56,413 nt of DNA from Oscillospiraceae bacterium. GTDB taxonomy: Bacteria > Bacillota > Clostridia > Oscillospirales > Oscillospiraceae. A program made the position numbers and the translations under genes. The stretch is taken from contig JAZQDI010000015.1 in NCBI GenBank assembly GCA_045546715.1, positions 1 through 56,413 on the forward strand. The letters run 5' to 3'. Of the stretch, positions 16,975 through 26,575 are shown piece by piece. Within the stretch, counting starts at the first letter, position 1; each line of letters opens with the position of its first letter. Below the pieces are notes generated by a model. That model was not told where the DNA came from. It saw only the letters and a list, made by a program, of their open reading frames with translations, and made no database searches.

Positions 16975-17291
16975 CGCTCCACCTCCCCGTGATAGGCGCT
17001 GATGCCGCCGATGTTCGTGACAGCGGTATAGCCAAGACGAACCAGGAAAGACGTGGCCTGCGCGCTGCGGCCGCCGCTGAGACAATAGACGAAAACGGGC
17101 TGGGACTTGTCCGTCAGGACGGACTCCGCAGTGCGGATCTGCGAAAGGGGCAGATTAACGCTGCCGGGTACATGGCCGCCGGCATATTCATCCGGCTCCC
17201 GAACATCGACAAGCACAGCACCTTCTGTGGCGCGAAACTGGCGGACGCCCTCATCCATGTTCGGCGCATGAATTCTGTTAAACATTCCCAT
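16971..17291 (-). CDS. Single-domain rhodanese sulfurtransferase
   Basis: Active-site loop VYCLSGGRSAQA. AGGAGG lies 8 nt before ATG 17291. It is translationally coupled to the reductase. Confidence 0.8.
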   Translation of the reverse strand: MGMFNRIHAPNMDEGVRQFRATEGAVLVDVREPDEYAGGHVPGSVNLPLSQIRTAESVLTDKSQPVFVYCLSGGRSAQATSFLVRLGYTAVTNIGGISAYHGEVER

Positions 17292-17354
17292 ACTGTATAC
17301 CTCCTTCAATTTTTGGGGGCACCGGTTCTCTCTGATTGTATTCTACACAACGTA

Positions 17355-18533
17355 TCAGTCTTTATCCGTGATGAAATCACGTTCGGCAAAAAAGGACGAG
17401 ATTTCCGCCTCGGACGCTTCGCAGGAACCCTGAATCATGGAGGGCTTTCCGCCGCCCTTTCCGTGCAGCGCAGCGTTAATCTCTCTGGCACAAGCGCGGA
17501 GATCCACAGTGCGGCTGCCGATAATATAGCGGTAGCCTGTTTCATCCGAACCGGAAAACGCAGCGCAGACGCCGCCGGCGCGCTCCATGCCGACGTTCAC
17601 AAGGTCTCGCAGCGCATCCAGATCATCAAGCTGTCCTACTACACAGAGGTTTCCGTCAGTTTTGGAAAGCGCTTGCGTGTGAACGGCAACAAGCTTGCGG
17701 TCCCGGTCGGCAATGGTGCGGTGCAGCGTTTCCCGCTCAGAAAGCAGGCGCTCCACGGCAGAGACAATTTCATCTTTTGGCGCGCTGAGCAGATTGGAAA
17801 TGGATTTCACCTGCTCAAATCGGTTAACATAATCTTGATAAGCATCGATCCCGCACTGAATCGTCAGGCGCATTCCGCCACGATGACGCATGGCGTCAAC
17901 AATCTTGATCATACCGACCTGACCGGTGTGCTGCACATGCGGCGCACAGCAGGCACATACGTCATAGCCTGCAATGGTGACGAGGCGAACGTTTTCCGTA
18001 AGATCCAGCTTGCTGCGGTAGGTCAGACTCGGCAGAAGCGCAGGGTCCGGGTATTCCGCCGTAACGGGCACGTCCTGCCATACCACCCGATTGGCCTCCA
18101 GCTCCAGCGCATGAATCTGCTCTGTGGTCAGTTCGCCGCTGAGGTCCATCGTGACCGCGTCCTCTCCCAGATGGAAGCCGACGTTTTCATATCCATAGGC
18201 GCGATGTGCCAGACCGCAGAGAATGTGCTCGCCGGTGTGGTTTTGCATCCGGCGCATACGAACAGCGCCGTCCAAAACGCCCTGCACCGTCTCCCCTGGA
18301 GCCAGCGGCGCAGAGAGATAATGCGCAATACCGTCTGGCTCTTCCTGCACATCTACAACCGAAATACCGCCAAGTGTACCGGGATCTGCCGGCTGGCCTC
18401 CTCCCTCCGGGAAGAATGCAGTCTGGTCCAGAAGCACGCGCCAAAGCGCTTCCACGGGCTCACAGGAGAGCACACGAGCGGAAAAATGCCACAGAAAACT
18501 ATCGTTATCATAAAGCTTGACAGTCATTGCCAA
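17355..18533 (-). CDS. alaX: Alanyl-tRNA editing protein AlaX-L (AlaRS editing domain + DHHA1-like)
   Basis: Zinc motifs HTGEHIL and CACCAPHV are present. The N-terminal tRNA_SAD-like region and a size of 392 aa fit this family. Confidence 0.8.
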   Translation of the reverse strand: MAMTVKLYDNDSFLWHFSARVLSCEPVEALWRVLLDQTAFFPEGGGQPADPGTLGGISVVDVQEEPDGIAHYLSAPLAPGETVQGVLDGAVRMRRMQNHTGEHILCGLAHRAYGYENVGFHLGEDAVTMDLSGELTTEQIHALELEANRVVWQDVPVTAEYPDPALLPSLTYRSKLDLTENVRLVTIAGYDVCACCAPHVQHTGQVGMIKIVDAMRHRGGMRLTIQCGIDAYQDYVNRFEQVKSISNLLSAPKDEIVSAVERLLSERETLHRTIADRDRKLVAVHTQALSKTDGNLCVVGQLDDLDALRDLVNVGMERAGGVCAAFSGSDETGYRYIIGSRTVDLRACAREINAALHGKGGGKPSMIQGSCEASEAEISSFFAERDFITDKD

Positions 18534-18582
18534 CCCTCCAATTCTGTGCTATTATATCGAAGATTTTTGTAAATAGCAACAA

Positions 18583-18612
18583 TTGACAAACCCTATTACA
18601 TAGTTGTATAGT
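18583..18612 (+). promoter_or_regulatory. Sigma-A type promoter candidate
   Basis: TTGACA (18583..18588), an 18-nt spacer, then TATAGT (18607..18612). Confidence 0.45.
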
Positions 18613-18641
18613 TGGTTAACAAAGATTTCCAAACGGAAGTG

Positions 18642-19163
18642 ATGATCTTGGACCGTAATATCAAGCTTGTTGTTTATCTTTCGCTGCTTGCGGCAATCTG
18701 CTGCGTTGCAACAATGGTCATCCCCATCCCCACGCCGACCGGAGGATATCTGAACGCCGGGGATATCGTGGTCGTTTTCACCGCGCTGCTCGCCGGCCCA
18801 CTTTACGGAGGCATTGCCATGGGGCTTGGCTCCGGGCTGGCAGATCTCTTTGCCGGATACGCAATCTACGCGCCCGGGACGCTTCTGGCAAAAGGGCTCG
18901 CCGCTGTCGTGGCAGGACTGATCTTTCGCCGGACAAAGCAGAATCTGAAGGGTGCAGTCATCTCTGCAGTCTGCGGGGAGCTGGTGATGGTCATCGGATA
19001 TTTTCTCTTCGAGGCGGTTTGTCTCGGCTTTGGTGCAGGCGCCGCTGCTGAGATTCCAGGAAATTTGCTGCAGGGTACTGCCGGGGTGATCGGCGGAACC
19101 GCGCTGTATCAGGCGCTGCGGAAGGTGCCGGAGATTGAACAGTTTCAGCATCTGACATTCTAA
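18642..19163 (+). CDS. ECF transporter S component (substrate unknown)
   Basis: Small 6-TM protein with IPIPTPTGGYLNAGD and GSGLADL motifs typical of ECF S units. The start choice is uncertain (18612..18642). Confidence 0.6.
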   Translation: MILDRNIKLVVYLSLLAAICCVATMVIPIPTPTGGYLNAGDIVVVFTALLAGPLYGGIAMGLGSGLADLFAGYAIYAPGTLLAKGLAAVVAGLIFRRTKQNLKGAVISAVCGELVMVIGYFLFEAVCLGFGAGAAAEIPGNLLQGTAGVIGGTALYQALRKVPEIEQFQHLTF

Positions 19164-19165
19164 GC

Positions 19166-19199
19166 AAAAAGCACAGGTCATCAGACCTGTGCTTTTTTT
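19166..19199. terminator. Bidirectional terminator
   Basis: aaaaagcacaggtc-atca-gacctgtgcttttttt. It overlaps the stop codon of the minus-strand oxidoreductase. Confidence 0.8.
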
Positions 19200-21406
19200 A
19201 CTTCAACAAGATTGGAGTGCTGCGGATTGCCATGCGCAAAGGGCGTGGTATCCCACGTTGTGAGCACATTGATAGAGCCGTTTTGATCCACCCCATTTTC
19301 ATCCGGGAGATACCACGCGCCCTGCGCAAGTGCAGTAACGCCCGGGAATATGTCCTCTGTGACATGCGCAGTGGTGCGTGTTTTCCCACGGTCGTTGAAG
19401 ATTTCGACTGTATCTCCGTCCGCAATGCCGCGCTTTGCCGCGTCTGTCGGGTGGATCCAAAGACGCTGCACATCCAGCCGCGCAAGATCAGGATTGTTGT
19501 CATGAATGCTGTGGCAGCGGCGCTTGGTGTGATAGCCAATCAGCTGCAGAGGATAAAGCTTTCTCATGGGATCCTGCGGTCCTTCCGGGGGCGGCATGTA
19601 ACGCGGAATCGCCGGGAACGGCGCCTCCATAGGAAGCCGCTCCAGCTCCTTTGCATAGAGCGCAATCTTCCCGGACGGCGTTGGAAACGGATGATGCTCC
19701 GAATCGGAGCGCTGCTCTTCAAACGCGACGACCGGACGGTCATGCGCATAGCGGTAAACACCGGAGGCACGAAACTCCTCAAAGGAAGGCAGCTCCGGCT
19801 CGCTCTCCCGGACCTCCTCATACATCCGGCGGAGCCAGCCAACGGTATCCAGACCTTGGGTAAACGCCTGCTCGACACCGAGGTTGCGCGCAACCTCTTT
19901 GAGCCAGTCATACTCAAAGCGCCCTTCCCCTACCGGCGGCACTACCTGCTGGTTGTAGCCGAGAAAATCGCCGCATTCCCAGGGCATGGTGAGATTTTCA
20001 CACTCGAGAAAAGAAACGCCGGGAAGCAGAATGTCTGCAAACTTTGCGCTGGAGGTCATGAAAAGATCGCTGCAGAGAATAAACTCACATTTACGTTCGT
20101 CCCGCAGCAGCGCGGCCGTACGGTTAATGTCGCTGTGCTGATTCACCAGACAGTTTCCCGCAAGATTCACGATCATCTTAATATCACTCTGCAGTCGGTC
20201 TCCCCCACGTACGCCCTCCCGCTGTGTCATCAGATGGCCGTGCTCGACAGCATCCGTCCAGCGGAAAACGGGAATCTGCATGGGATAGGGATTGGGCGCA
20301 ATCGGGAGATGCGGAAGCTTATGACGGTTTACATAACCAGTTCCGGATGCCCAGCCCCCGGGAATACCCACATTGCCGGTCATGCAGGCGAGAAGGATTG
20401 CGCCGCGCACGCCCTGCTCTCCGTAGGCATGGCGCTGCGCGCCATAGCCGAGGATGAGCGCAGCCGGCTTGGCCGATGCAAAGCGGACAGCAAGGGAGCG
20501 GATCGTCACTGCCGGAACGCCGGTGATTTGCTCCGCCCATTCAGGCGTTTTGGGCGTACCATCGTTTCGGCCAAGCAAATATGAGAGCACGCTCTCCCCT
20601 GCTGCTGCAGGCGGCATATGCGCTTCGTCAAAGCCGATACAGAACTGATCGAGAAACGCTCTGTCCGCAAGCCCCTCTGTCCAGATCACATATGCCATAG
20701 CATCCAGCAGCGCCGCATCCGTGGCCGGTCGAAGTCCAACCCACTCTGCACCGAGCGACTTTACCGTATCGCTTCGGCGAGGATCGACGACAACGATCGG
20801 AATTCCCTTTTCCCGCGCCTTGCGGAGATAATACATGGTACTGTCAAACACCGTTTCTGCAGGATTGTGTCCCCAAAGGAGAATGAACTTGCTCTTGAGC
20901 CAGTTATCCCGGCTTGAACCGGTCATCTCCGTGCCATACATGAGATAGGAAACCTGCTCAATACACGGCGTAGAATAGGAATGATAATAATCCAGAAATC
21001 CCCCATCCAGTGACAGAAGGCGTTTTGCCAGGCTGCGGGGTGAAAACGCGGCGGATACTCCCGTCGCATAGTTTACATAACGTGATCCCGGTCCATAGGT
21101 ATCACGAATACGTATCCACTGCTCGCTAATCCGCTCGACTGCCTCCGACCAGGAGATAGCTCGAAACTTCCCCTCACCCCGCTCACCCACGCGAAGCAGC
21201 GGCGTCTGCAGGCGATCCGGGCGGAGAAAGGTCTTATGATATTGCATGCCGCGGGCGCAGGCGATGAGCGGCGGCGTGTCCCCAGCGGCTTCGGGTGTGT
21301 CTGTCGTAAGCCTGAGGATCTTTCCGCTGCAGACATGCGCGTGGATGAGACACCGGCCGCCGCAATTGTTGCGCCCGGTCGTATGAAATATTTGTTGATC
21401 GTTCAT
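19181..21406 (-). CDS. Molybdopterin (DMSO reductase family) oxidoreductase, cytoplasmic type
   Basis: A 741-aa protein with an N-terminal Cys cluster (NCGGRCLIHAHVC) and molybdopterin-binding family sequence throughout. No Tat signal is visible. Confidence 0.75.
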   Translation of the reverse strand: MNDQQIFHTTGRNNCGGRCLIHAHVCSGKILRLTTDTPEAAGDTPPLIACARGMQYHKTFLRPDRLQTPLLRVGERGEGKFRAISWSEAVERISEQWIRIRDTYGPGSRYVNYATGVSAAFSPRSLAKRLLSLDGGFLDYYHSYSTPCIEQVSYLMYGTEMTGSSRDNWLKSKFILLWGHNPAETVFDSTMYYLRKAREKGIPIVVVDPRRSDTVKSLGAEWVGLRPATDAALLDAMAYVIWTEGLADRAFLDQFCIGFDEAHMPPAAAGESVLSYLLGRNDGTPKTPEWAEQITGVPAVTIRSLAVRFASAKPAALILGYGAQRHAYGEQGVRGAILLACMTGNVGIPGGWASGTGYVNRHKLPHLPIAPNPYPMQIPVFRWTDAVEHGHLMTQREGVRGGDRLQSDIKMIVNLAGNCLVNQHSDINRTAALLRDERKCEFILCSDLFMTSSAKFADILLPGVSFLECENLTMPWECGDFLGYNQQVVPPVGEGRFEYDWLKEVARNLGVEQAFTQGLDTVGWLRRMYEEVRESEPELPSFEEFRASGVYRYAHDRPVVAFEEQRSDSEHHPFPTPSGKIALYAKELERLPMEAPFPAIPRYMPPPEGPQDPMRKLYPLQLIGYHTKRRCHSIHDNNPDLARLDVQRLWIHPTDAAKRGIADGDTVEIFNDRGKTRTTAHVTEDIFPGVTALAQGAWYLPDENGVDQNGSINVLTTWDTTPFAHGNPQHSNLVEVKKAQV

Positions 21407-21452
21407 AGTCTTGCCCTTCCGCTATTCATTACAGGCTGCATAGTGCTCGGGA

Positions 21453-21898
21453 TTACGTTTGCGCCCGATCTGTGCGGACGCGCCAATGGACTGTACAGAG
21501 CGCAGGCGCTATTGCTCTTTTGTTCAGCTGCACGAGGCTTTCCTCTTTCGGATAGAAGATCAAAAGTACTTCACCAGGCACGCAGGAAGACATGACTCAA
21601 ACAGCTGCATGCACACTGCAGCAGTACACGATGATCCCACACCGTCTGCGTGGAAAAGGTCAGCCACTTTTTCAGCGTAAGCTCACCAGGATTCTGCAGG
21701 CAATAGGTGTCCAGATCATGCAGGAAAAAACACTCTACAAGATCATGCTTATCCTTGAAATGGTGATAAAAAAGTACGTTGAGAGATACCGCAGTTTTTC
21801 ACAATCGCAGAGACGGTCACCTTTTCATAAGGCATTTCGCGGAGCAGATCATACAGAGATTCCAGAATCAGCTCCTTTGTAGATTTTCGTTCAATCAT
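21453..21898 (-). pseudogene. TetR-family regulator, disrupted by at least two frameshifts
   Basis: The N-terminal HTH reads MIERKSTKELILESLYDLLREMPYEKVTVSAIVKNCGISQRTF. The frame breaks at the A6 run 21768..21773, and the next frame reads YHHFKDKHDLVECFF. A second break lies near 21570..21580. The total length is not a multiple of 3. Confidence 0.7.
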
Positions 21899-22043
21899 GC
21901 GCTCGCCGCCTCCTTTTTACGCAATTATAAGCTTTTCTTTCCTTTTTCGCAACCACGGCATTTTGCGAAACCAAATTCAGGCTGTTTATGATTATAATGA
22001 AACCAATTACAATCCCTGACTTACAAAACGGAGGAAAAACAGC

Positions 22044-22644
22044 ATGAAAGCAGCTTGGTTGGAGCGATATGACAAAAATGCGGTGCATCTGACAGTCGGT
22101 GAGCGAGAAATGCCGCAGGTCGGCGCAAAGGATGTTCTCGTGCGTGTGAGTGCAGCGGCTGTCAACCCGCTGGACAATATGGTCGCACACGGCGAGGTAA
22201 AGCACTGGGCGCAGACCGATTCTTTGACTACAAAAAGGAAGTTACGCTGCGGTGCTTTCAGGGGTAGACTGTGTGATCGATTCATTGGGCGAAAAGGAGC
22301 TGGAAAAGGAATTTTCCATTCTGAAGCGCGGCGGCAAACTTGTCTCTCTGCGCGGCGGCCCGAACAAAGCCTTCGGTGAGAGAATCGGTGCGTCCGCAAT
22401 AATGAAGCTGGCGTTTGGTTTTGTCGGCAGAAAATACGACAAAATGGCGCAGAAAAATGGTCAGACATACGACTTTATCTTTGTGCATGCCGACGGCGCG
22501 CAGTTGACCGAAGCATCTGAGATTCTGACAAAGCTTCAGATTCGCCCGGCGGCGGACGGCATTTTCTCTCTGGAGGATATTAATGAGGCGATGCAGAAGG
22601 TTGCAGGCGGAGGCTCCAGAGGCAAGACAATCATCAAGTTTTAA
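22044..22644 (+). pseudogene. Zn-ADH/quinone oxidoreductase (MDR family) remnant with internal deletion and frameshifts
   Basis: The N-terminal 52 aa (MKAAWLERY...VLVRVSAAAVNPLDNMVAHGEVK) join directly to C-terminal-type sequence (ALGADRFFDYKKE / GVDCVIDSLGEKE...GGKLVSL...). The whole locus is only about 600 nt, against the roughly 1 kb expected. The nucleotide-binding core is absent. Confidence 0.7.
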
Positions 22645-22664
22645 TTATATATAGAGGAAAAGAG

Positions 22665-22705
22665 ATCATCGGCTTTTTAACAGCCGGTGATCTCTTTTTC
22701 TTGCC
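22665..22705 (+). terminator. Rho-independent terminator
   Basis: agagatcatcggct-loop-agccggtgatctct followed by TTTTTC. Confidence 0.65.
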
Positions 22706-22817
22706 TTTAAAGCACGATTAAAGCACACACTTATGTAGAGTTAAGCTGTCAGGTTTACTCTGCTCACAAAGGGCGCAGAACCGCCCGCAAAGATTCCCGA
22801 CAGGAGGAAGTATTATT

Positions 22818-23882
22818 ATGAAACCAATTGTATTGATTCCGGCCTTCCAGCCGGATGAAAGCCTGTTTCGTCTTGTGGCGAATCTGCGGCTTTATGGGCT
22901 TACGGTCGTAATCGTGGACGACGGCAGCGGAGCGGAGTATTCCCTCGTGTTTGACAGCTGCGCGGCGCACGCCGTGATTCTCACTCATCCGGAAAACCGC
23001 GGAAAGGGCGCAGCGCTGAAAACAGGATTGGATTTCATTCAGAAGTCCTTCCCTGCGCAATGCGTTCTTGTAACGGCGGATGCCGACGGTCAGCACGCGC
23101 CGGAGGACATTCTTCGCGCGGCAAACGCGGCTGTTCAGGCGCCGGAAACGCTGATTCTCGGCAGCCGAAAGATGGAGCGTACGGCGCCGCTCCGCAGCCG
23201 GTTTGGCAACGCAGTCACGCGCACTGTCTTTCGCCTCTCTACCGGTACGCGCGTCTATGACACGCAGACCGGCCTTCGCGCCTTCACATGGGAGCAGATC
23301 AGCTGGATGCGAAGTATTCCCGGCGAGCGGTATGAGTATGAGATGAACGTACTGCTGCACTGGGCGCGTGAAGGCAGACCCATTACAGAGCTTCCGATCC
23401 AGACCATTTATCAGGACGGCAACCGCAGCTCCCACTTCCGCACCGTTCAGGACTCCTGGCGGATCTACCGGGAGATTCTGCTGTTTTCCGGCGCATCATT
23501 CCTCAGCTTTCTGCTGGACTATGGGCTGTTTTGTCTGCTGCGTCTGTTCGGCGGTGCAATCGTATTTTCCAACATTACTGCGCGGCTGATCAGTGCAATC
23601 GCAAATTATCATCTGAATCGGAAAGCCGTCTTTCAAAGCGCGGCGCCGATGGCGCAGTCCGCCCTTCGCTATGCTATGCTTGCAGCGGGCATTCTCACCG
23701 TAAATACATTGATTCTGAACGGTCTTACCGCGCTTGGTCTTCCGTCTCTCGCAGCTAAGCTGCTAACAGAGCTGATGCTGTTTTCCGCGAGCTGGCTGAT
23801 ACAGCGAAGGTGGGTATTCTCACACGCGAAAATGGAAGTTCTGGAAAACCCTCCGCTTCCGGGAGAGGAGGAAGCCGCATGA
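22818..23882 (+). CDS. Family 2 glycosyltransferase fused to a GtrA-like membrane domain
   Basis: The GT2 motifs VVIVDDGSG and ADADGQH are present. The C-terminal 4-TM region carries a NYHLNRKAVF GtrA-type signature. Confidence 0.8.
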   Translation: MKPIVLIPAFQPDESLFRLVANLRLYGLTVVIVDDGSGAEYSLVFDSCAAHAVILTHPENRGKGAALKTGLDFIQKSFPAQCVLVTADADGQHAPEDILRAANAAVQAPETLILGSRKMERTAPLRSRFGNAVTRTVFRLSTGTRVYDTQTGLRAFTWEQISWMRSIPGERYEYEMNVLLHWAREGRPITELPIQTIYQDGNRSSHFRTVQDSWRIYREILLFSGASFLSFLLDYGLFCLLRLFGGAIVFSNITARLISAIANYHLNRKAVFQSAAPMAQSALRYAMLAAGILTVNTLILNGLTALGLPSLAAKLLTELMLFSASWLIQRRWVFSHAKMEVLENPPLPGEEEAA

Positions 23883-24853
23883 AAAAGCATACTGTCAGCG
23901 CGGTCTGCGCGCTCTTGAGTCTCTCACTCACAGGCTATGTGATTGCAGACACCTTCCTGCTGCGCAGCGTCTGCCAGACTAATGCTGCGACAGATACCGA
24001 AACTGCATTCACACAGGTTCAAAGCAAAATGGATGCGCAAAGCAGCACAAACTCCGAAAAGCACACCCACAGCAATCACAAGTCATCTGATTCAGGCACG
24101 CTCCCTCTGAAGGAAACTGCCTCATCGGACAGTACAGCAGACTACAGCGATGAAAATATTCAGATCACTCTGTCGGAATACACAGTGGAAAACTCTCAGG
24201 TTTACGTAGCGGATGTGACCGTTTCCTCAGCACAGTATCTGAAAACCGCCTTTGCCGAGAACACCTATGGCAGAAACATCACAGCAACAACCTCGGAGAT
24301 GGCAGAGGAAAACGACGCGGTTCTGGCAATTAACGGTGACTACTACGGTGCCCAGGAGACAGGCTATGTGATTCGAAATGGCGTTGTCTACCGGGATACT
24401 GCCGCGAAGGATACGGACATTTGCTGCATCTACGCTGACGGCACCATGCAGATCAGAAACACTGCGGACGTGACAGCACAGGAGCTCGCAGATGAAGGCG
24501 TGTGGCAGGCATTCAGCTTCGGTCCGGCACTCGTTGAGGACGGCGAAGTCTGCGTATCCCCCGGCGAAGAGGTCGGCAAGGCGATGGCCTCCAACCCTCG
24601 CACTGCCATCGGCATCATCGATGCGAACCACTATCTCTTCGTGGTATCCGACGGACGAACAAGCGAGAGCGAAGGTCTGAGTCTGAGCGAGCTTGCCGCG
24701 TTTCTGCAAAGTCTGGGCGCAAAGACCGCCTATAATCTGGACGGCGGCGGTTCCTCGACACTCTGGTATCAGGGCAGCATCATCAATAACCCGACCACCA
24801 ACGGCAACAGCATCCGAGAAAGGAGCGTGAGCGACATTGTCTATATCGGCTAA
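23879..24853 (+). CDS. Phosphodiester glycosidase (NAGPA/DUF2233) family exoprotein
   Basis: It has a signal/TM anchor and the motifs AINGDYYG, NPRTAIGI and NLDGGGSSTLW. ATGA overlap with the GT2 gene. Confidence 0.75.
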   Translation: MKKHTVSAVCALLSLSLTGYVIADTFLLRSVCQTNAATDTETAFTQVQSKMDAQSSTNSEKHTHSNHKSSDSGTLPLKETASSDSTADYSDENIQITLSEYTVENSQVYVADVTVSSAQYLKTAFAENTYGRNITATTSEMAEENDAVLAINGDYYGAQETGYVIRNGVVYRDTAAKDTDICCIYADGTMQIRNTADVTAQELADEGVWQAFSFGPALVEDGEVCVSPGEEVGKAMASNPRTAIGIIDANHYLFVVSDGRTSESEGLSLSELAAFLQSLGAKTAYNLDGGGSSTLWYQGSIINNPTTNGNSIRERSVSDIVYIG

Positions 24854-25205
24854 ACGAGCGGCGCATTATCTGATTGCAGCCGCCGTATGCGCAATCTTCG
24901 GGCTGATCTATGAGCACTTCAGCTTCGGGGTTTGGTCAAACTTCATGGGGTTTGCATTCCTTATTCCCCTGCTGCTCGGTGTTGTACCGAGCCTGCTGAT
25001 CCGGCGCGAAATCCCACGCGCTGCAGGAGAGTTTTATGGCGGGTTTGTGCTGACGCTGACGCTCGGCAGTCTCGTGAAAGGCGCGCTTGACATTTATGGA
25101 ACGACCAACGCAAAATTAATAGCATATCCGATTCTCGCGGGAATTCTGCTGACAGCGGCAGTCATCTGCGCTCACAGAAATCAGAGCAATTATAATTTAC
25201 CATAA
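24837..25205 (+). CDS. Small integral membrane protein, function unknown
   Basis: A 4-TM hydrophobic profile. A TTG start overlaps the upstream gene end. No recognisable motif. Confidence 0.4.
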   Translation: MSISAKRAAHYLIAAAVCAIFGLIYEHFSFGVWSNFMGFAFLIPLLLGVVPSLLIRREIPRAAGEFYGGFVLTLTLGSLVKGALDIYGTTNAKLIAYPILAGILLTAAVICAHRNQSNYNLP

Positions 25206-25346
25206 AAATATTATGTAAATTAAATTGCAATAGAATCAGATTGATATTTCCGCCGGCGATATGCTTTGAATTCTGAAAAACGGCAAGAAACCCGTTTCGG
25301 AAACCATTCCGAAACGGGCTTCTGCTATTAACAATAATTGGATTGC

Positions 25347-25895
25347 TCAGTGGATAGATCTGCCGAGCTCATAGGCCTGATGCAGCTCCGGTTTCCCATC
25401 AATGTCCCCGGGCTGTGTCACCCAGCCGCAGAGCACCTTGCCGAGGCTCCTCCAACCAATATGCTTTTCCAGATGATCATACCAGTGCTCGCTCTCCTCA
25501 AAGCCAGCTCCCTCGGCAGCCATGAGAAGAACGCTTTCCTTCTTCGGATTGCGATAATTCGGGTCGCACTCCGCAATAGCAAAAAGCCGGTCAAACGCGT
25601 TTTTCAGATGTCCTGAGATAAACCAGTAATACAGCGGAGAGGCAAGCACCACCACGTCTGCTTCCCGATACACCGGGTAGATCTTCTCCATATCGTCGCG
25701 CTGCACGCAGGGGTGATCCGCGTCCTTTCCGCCGTGCCAGCAGCCAAGGCAGCCGCCGATCTTCATTTTGGACAGCTGAAATTCCGTAACCGTGTGTCCG
25801 GCTTCCTCTGCGCCCTTTTTGAACTGCGCAGTCAGCGCAGATGTGTTGCCGTCAGCTCTGGGGCTGCCGTTGAGAATGATAATTTTCTTCGCCAT
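25347..25895 (-). CDS. Flavodoxin-like fold NAD(P)H-dependent FMN reductase
   Basis: MAKKIIILNGSPRADGNTS N-terminus and SPLYYWFISG motif. The start at 25895 is preferred over ORF-track 26036. Confidence 0.75.
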   Translation of the reverse strand: MAKKIIILNGSPRADGNTSALTAQFKKGAEEAGHTVTEFQLSKMKIGGCLGCWHGGKDADHPCVQRDDMEKIYPVYREADVVVLASPLYYWFISGHLKNAFDRLFAIAECDPNYRNPKKESVLLMAAEGAGFEESEHWYDHLEKHIGWRSLGKVLCGWVTQPGDIDGKPELHQAYELGRSIH

Positions 25896-25905
25896 GGCAA
25901 ATCCC

Positions 25906-26457
25906 TCAAAATTTCTCTGCAAGCGCAGCGGCATTCGCGATCCCGTCTGTCTTGTCAATATCTCCGACTGACAGGACGCCGGGCTGCAGAACTTCGCCCA
26001 CAACCGTCCACTGGTTGAGCGCGGCGGTGCGTTCAAAGGGAATGCGAACGCCGTCGAGAATGGCAGGATCCGATTCCTCGCAGCAGCAGATCAGCGCGCA
26101 CTCCTTGCCGAAGAATTCCTTCTTCTCACCGATGACAAAGCTGAACATTTTATCAATGACGGCTTTGAGCTGAGACGGAACAGAATACCAGTAAACCGGA
26201 CATGCAAACACGAGCGCGTCCGCTGCAAGGATATCATCCGCAATGGTATTGAAATCATCATCAAAGCTGCAGGGCTTGCCTGTCTTGTAACAGGTTTCGC
26301 AGGCATGGCAGAAATTCAGTTTGAGCTTTGTCGTGTCAATCACAGTTACTTTATGTCCCTTTGCCTTCGCTGCCGCAGAAAAGGCGCTGGCCATGCGATT
26401 GCTGTTTCCCTCATTTCTGGCGCTGCCGGTAAGAACAAGAATCTTTTTCCCCATCAT
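25906..26457 (-). CDS. Flavodoxin-like fold FMN reductase / iron-sulfur flavoprotein-like
   Basis: KILVLTGSARNEGNSN, a Cys cluster CHACETCYKTGKPC, and CPVYWYSVP. Confidence 0.75.
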   Translation of the reverse strand: MMGKKILVLTGSARNEGNSNRMASAFSAAAKAKGHKVTVIDTTKLKLNFCHACETCYKTGKPCSFDDDFNTIADDILAADALVFACPVYWYSVPSQLKAVIDKMFSFVIGEKKEFFGKECALICCCEESDPAILDGVRIPFERTAALNQWTVVGEVLQPGVLSVGDIDKTDGIANAAALAEKF

Positions 26458-26575
26458 AATATTCCTCCTGATCGAGATCGTTTGAATTGACTTCTGTCTA
26501 TGCTCATGGTATCATACGTCCGAACTTTCAACAAGTACTGACATTTATGTTAGGTACTTACTCAGAGGTAAGCTA

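Noticed and set aside
18540-18641. A possible riboswitch leader upstream of the ECF S-component gene.
   Set aside because: After the promoter-like TTGACA/TATAGT only about 30 nt of leader remain, with one small hairpin. I recognise no known riboswitch consensus (preQ1, THF, TPP, FMN).
21891-22468. Minus-strand ORFs (104 aa and 153 aa) overlapping the MDR remnant and the TetR promoter region.
   Set aside because: They have no motifs, an odd composition, and overlap better-explained (pseudo)gene sequence. They are most likely noise.
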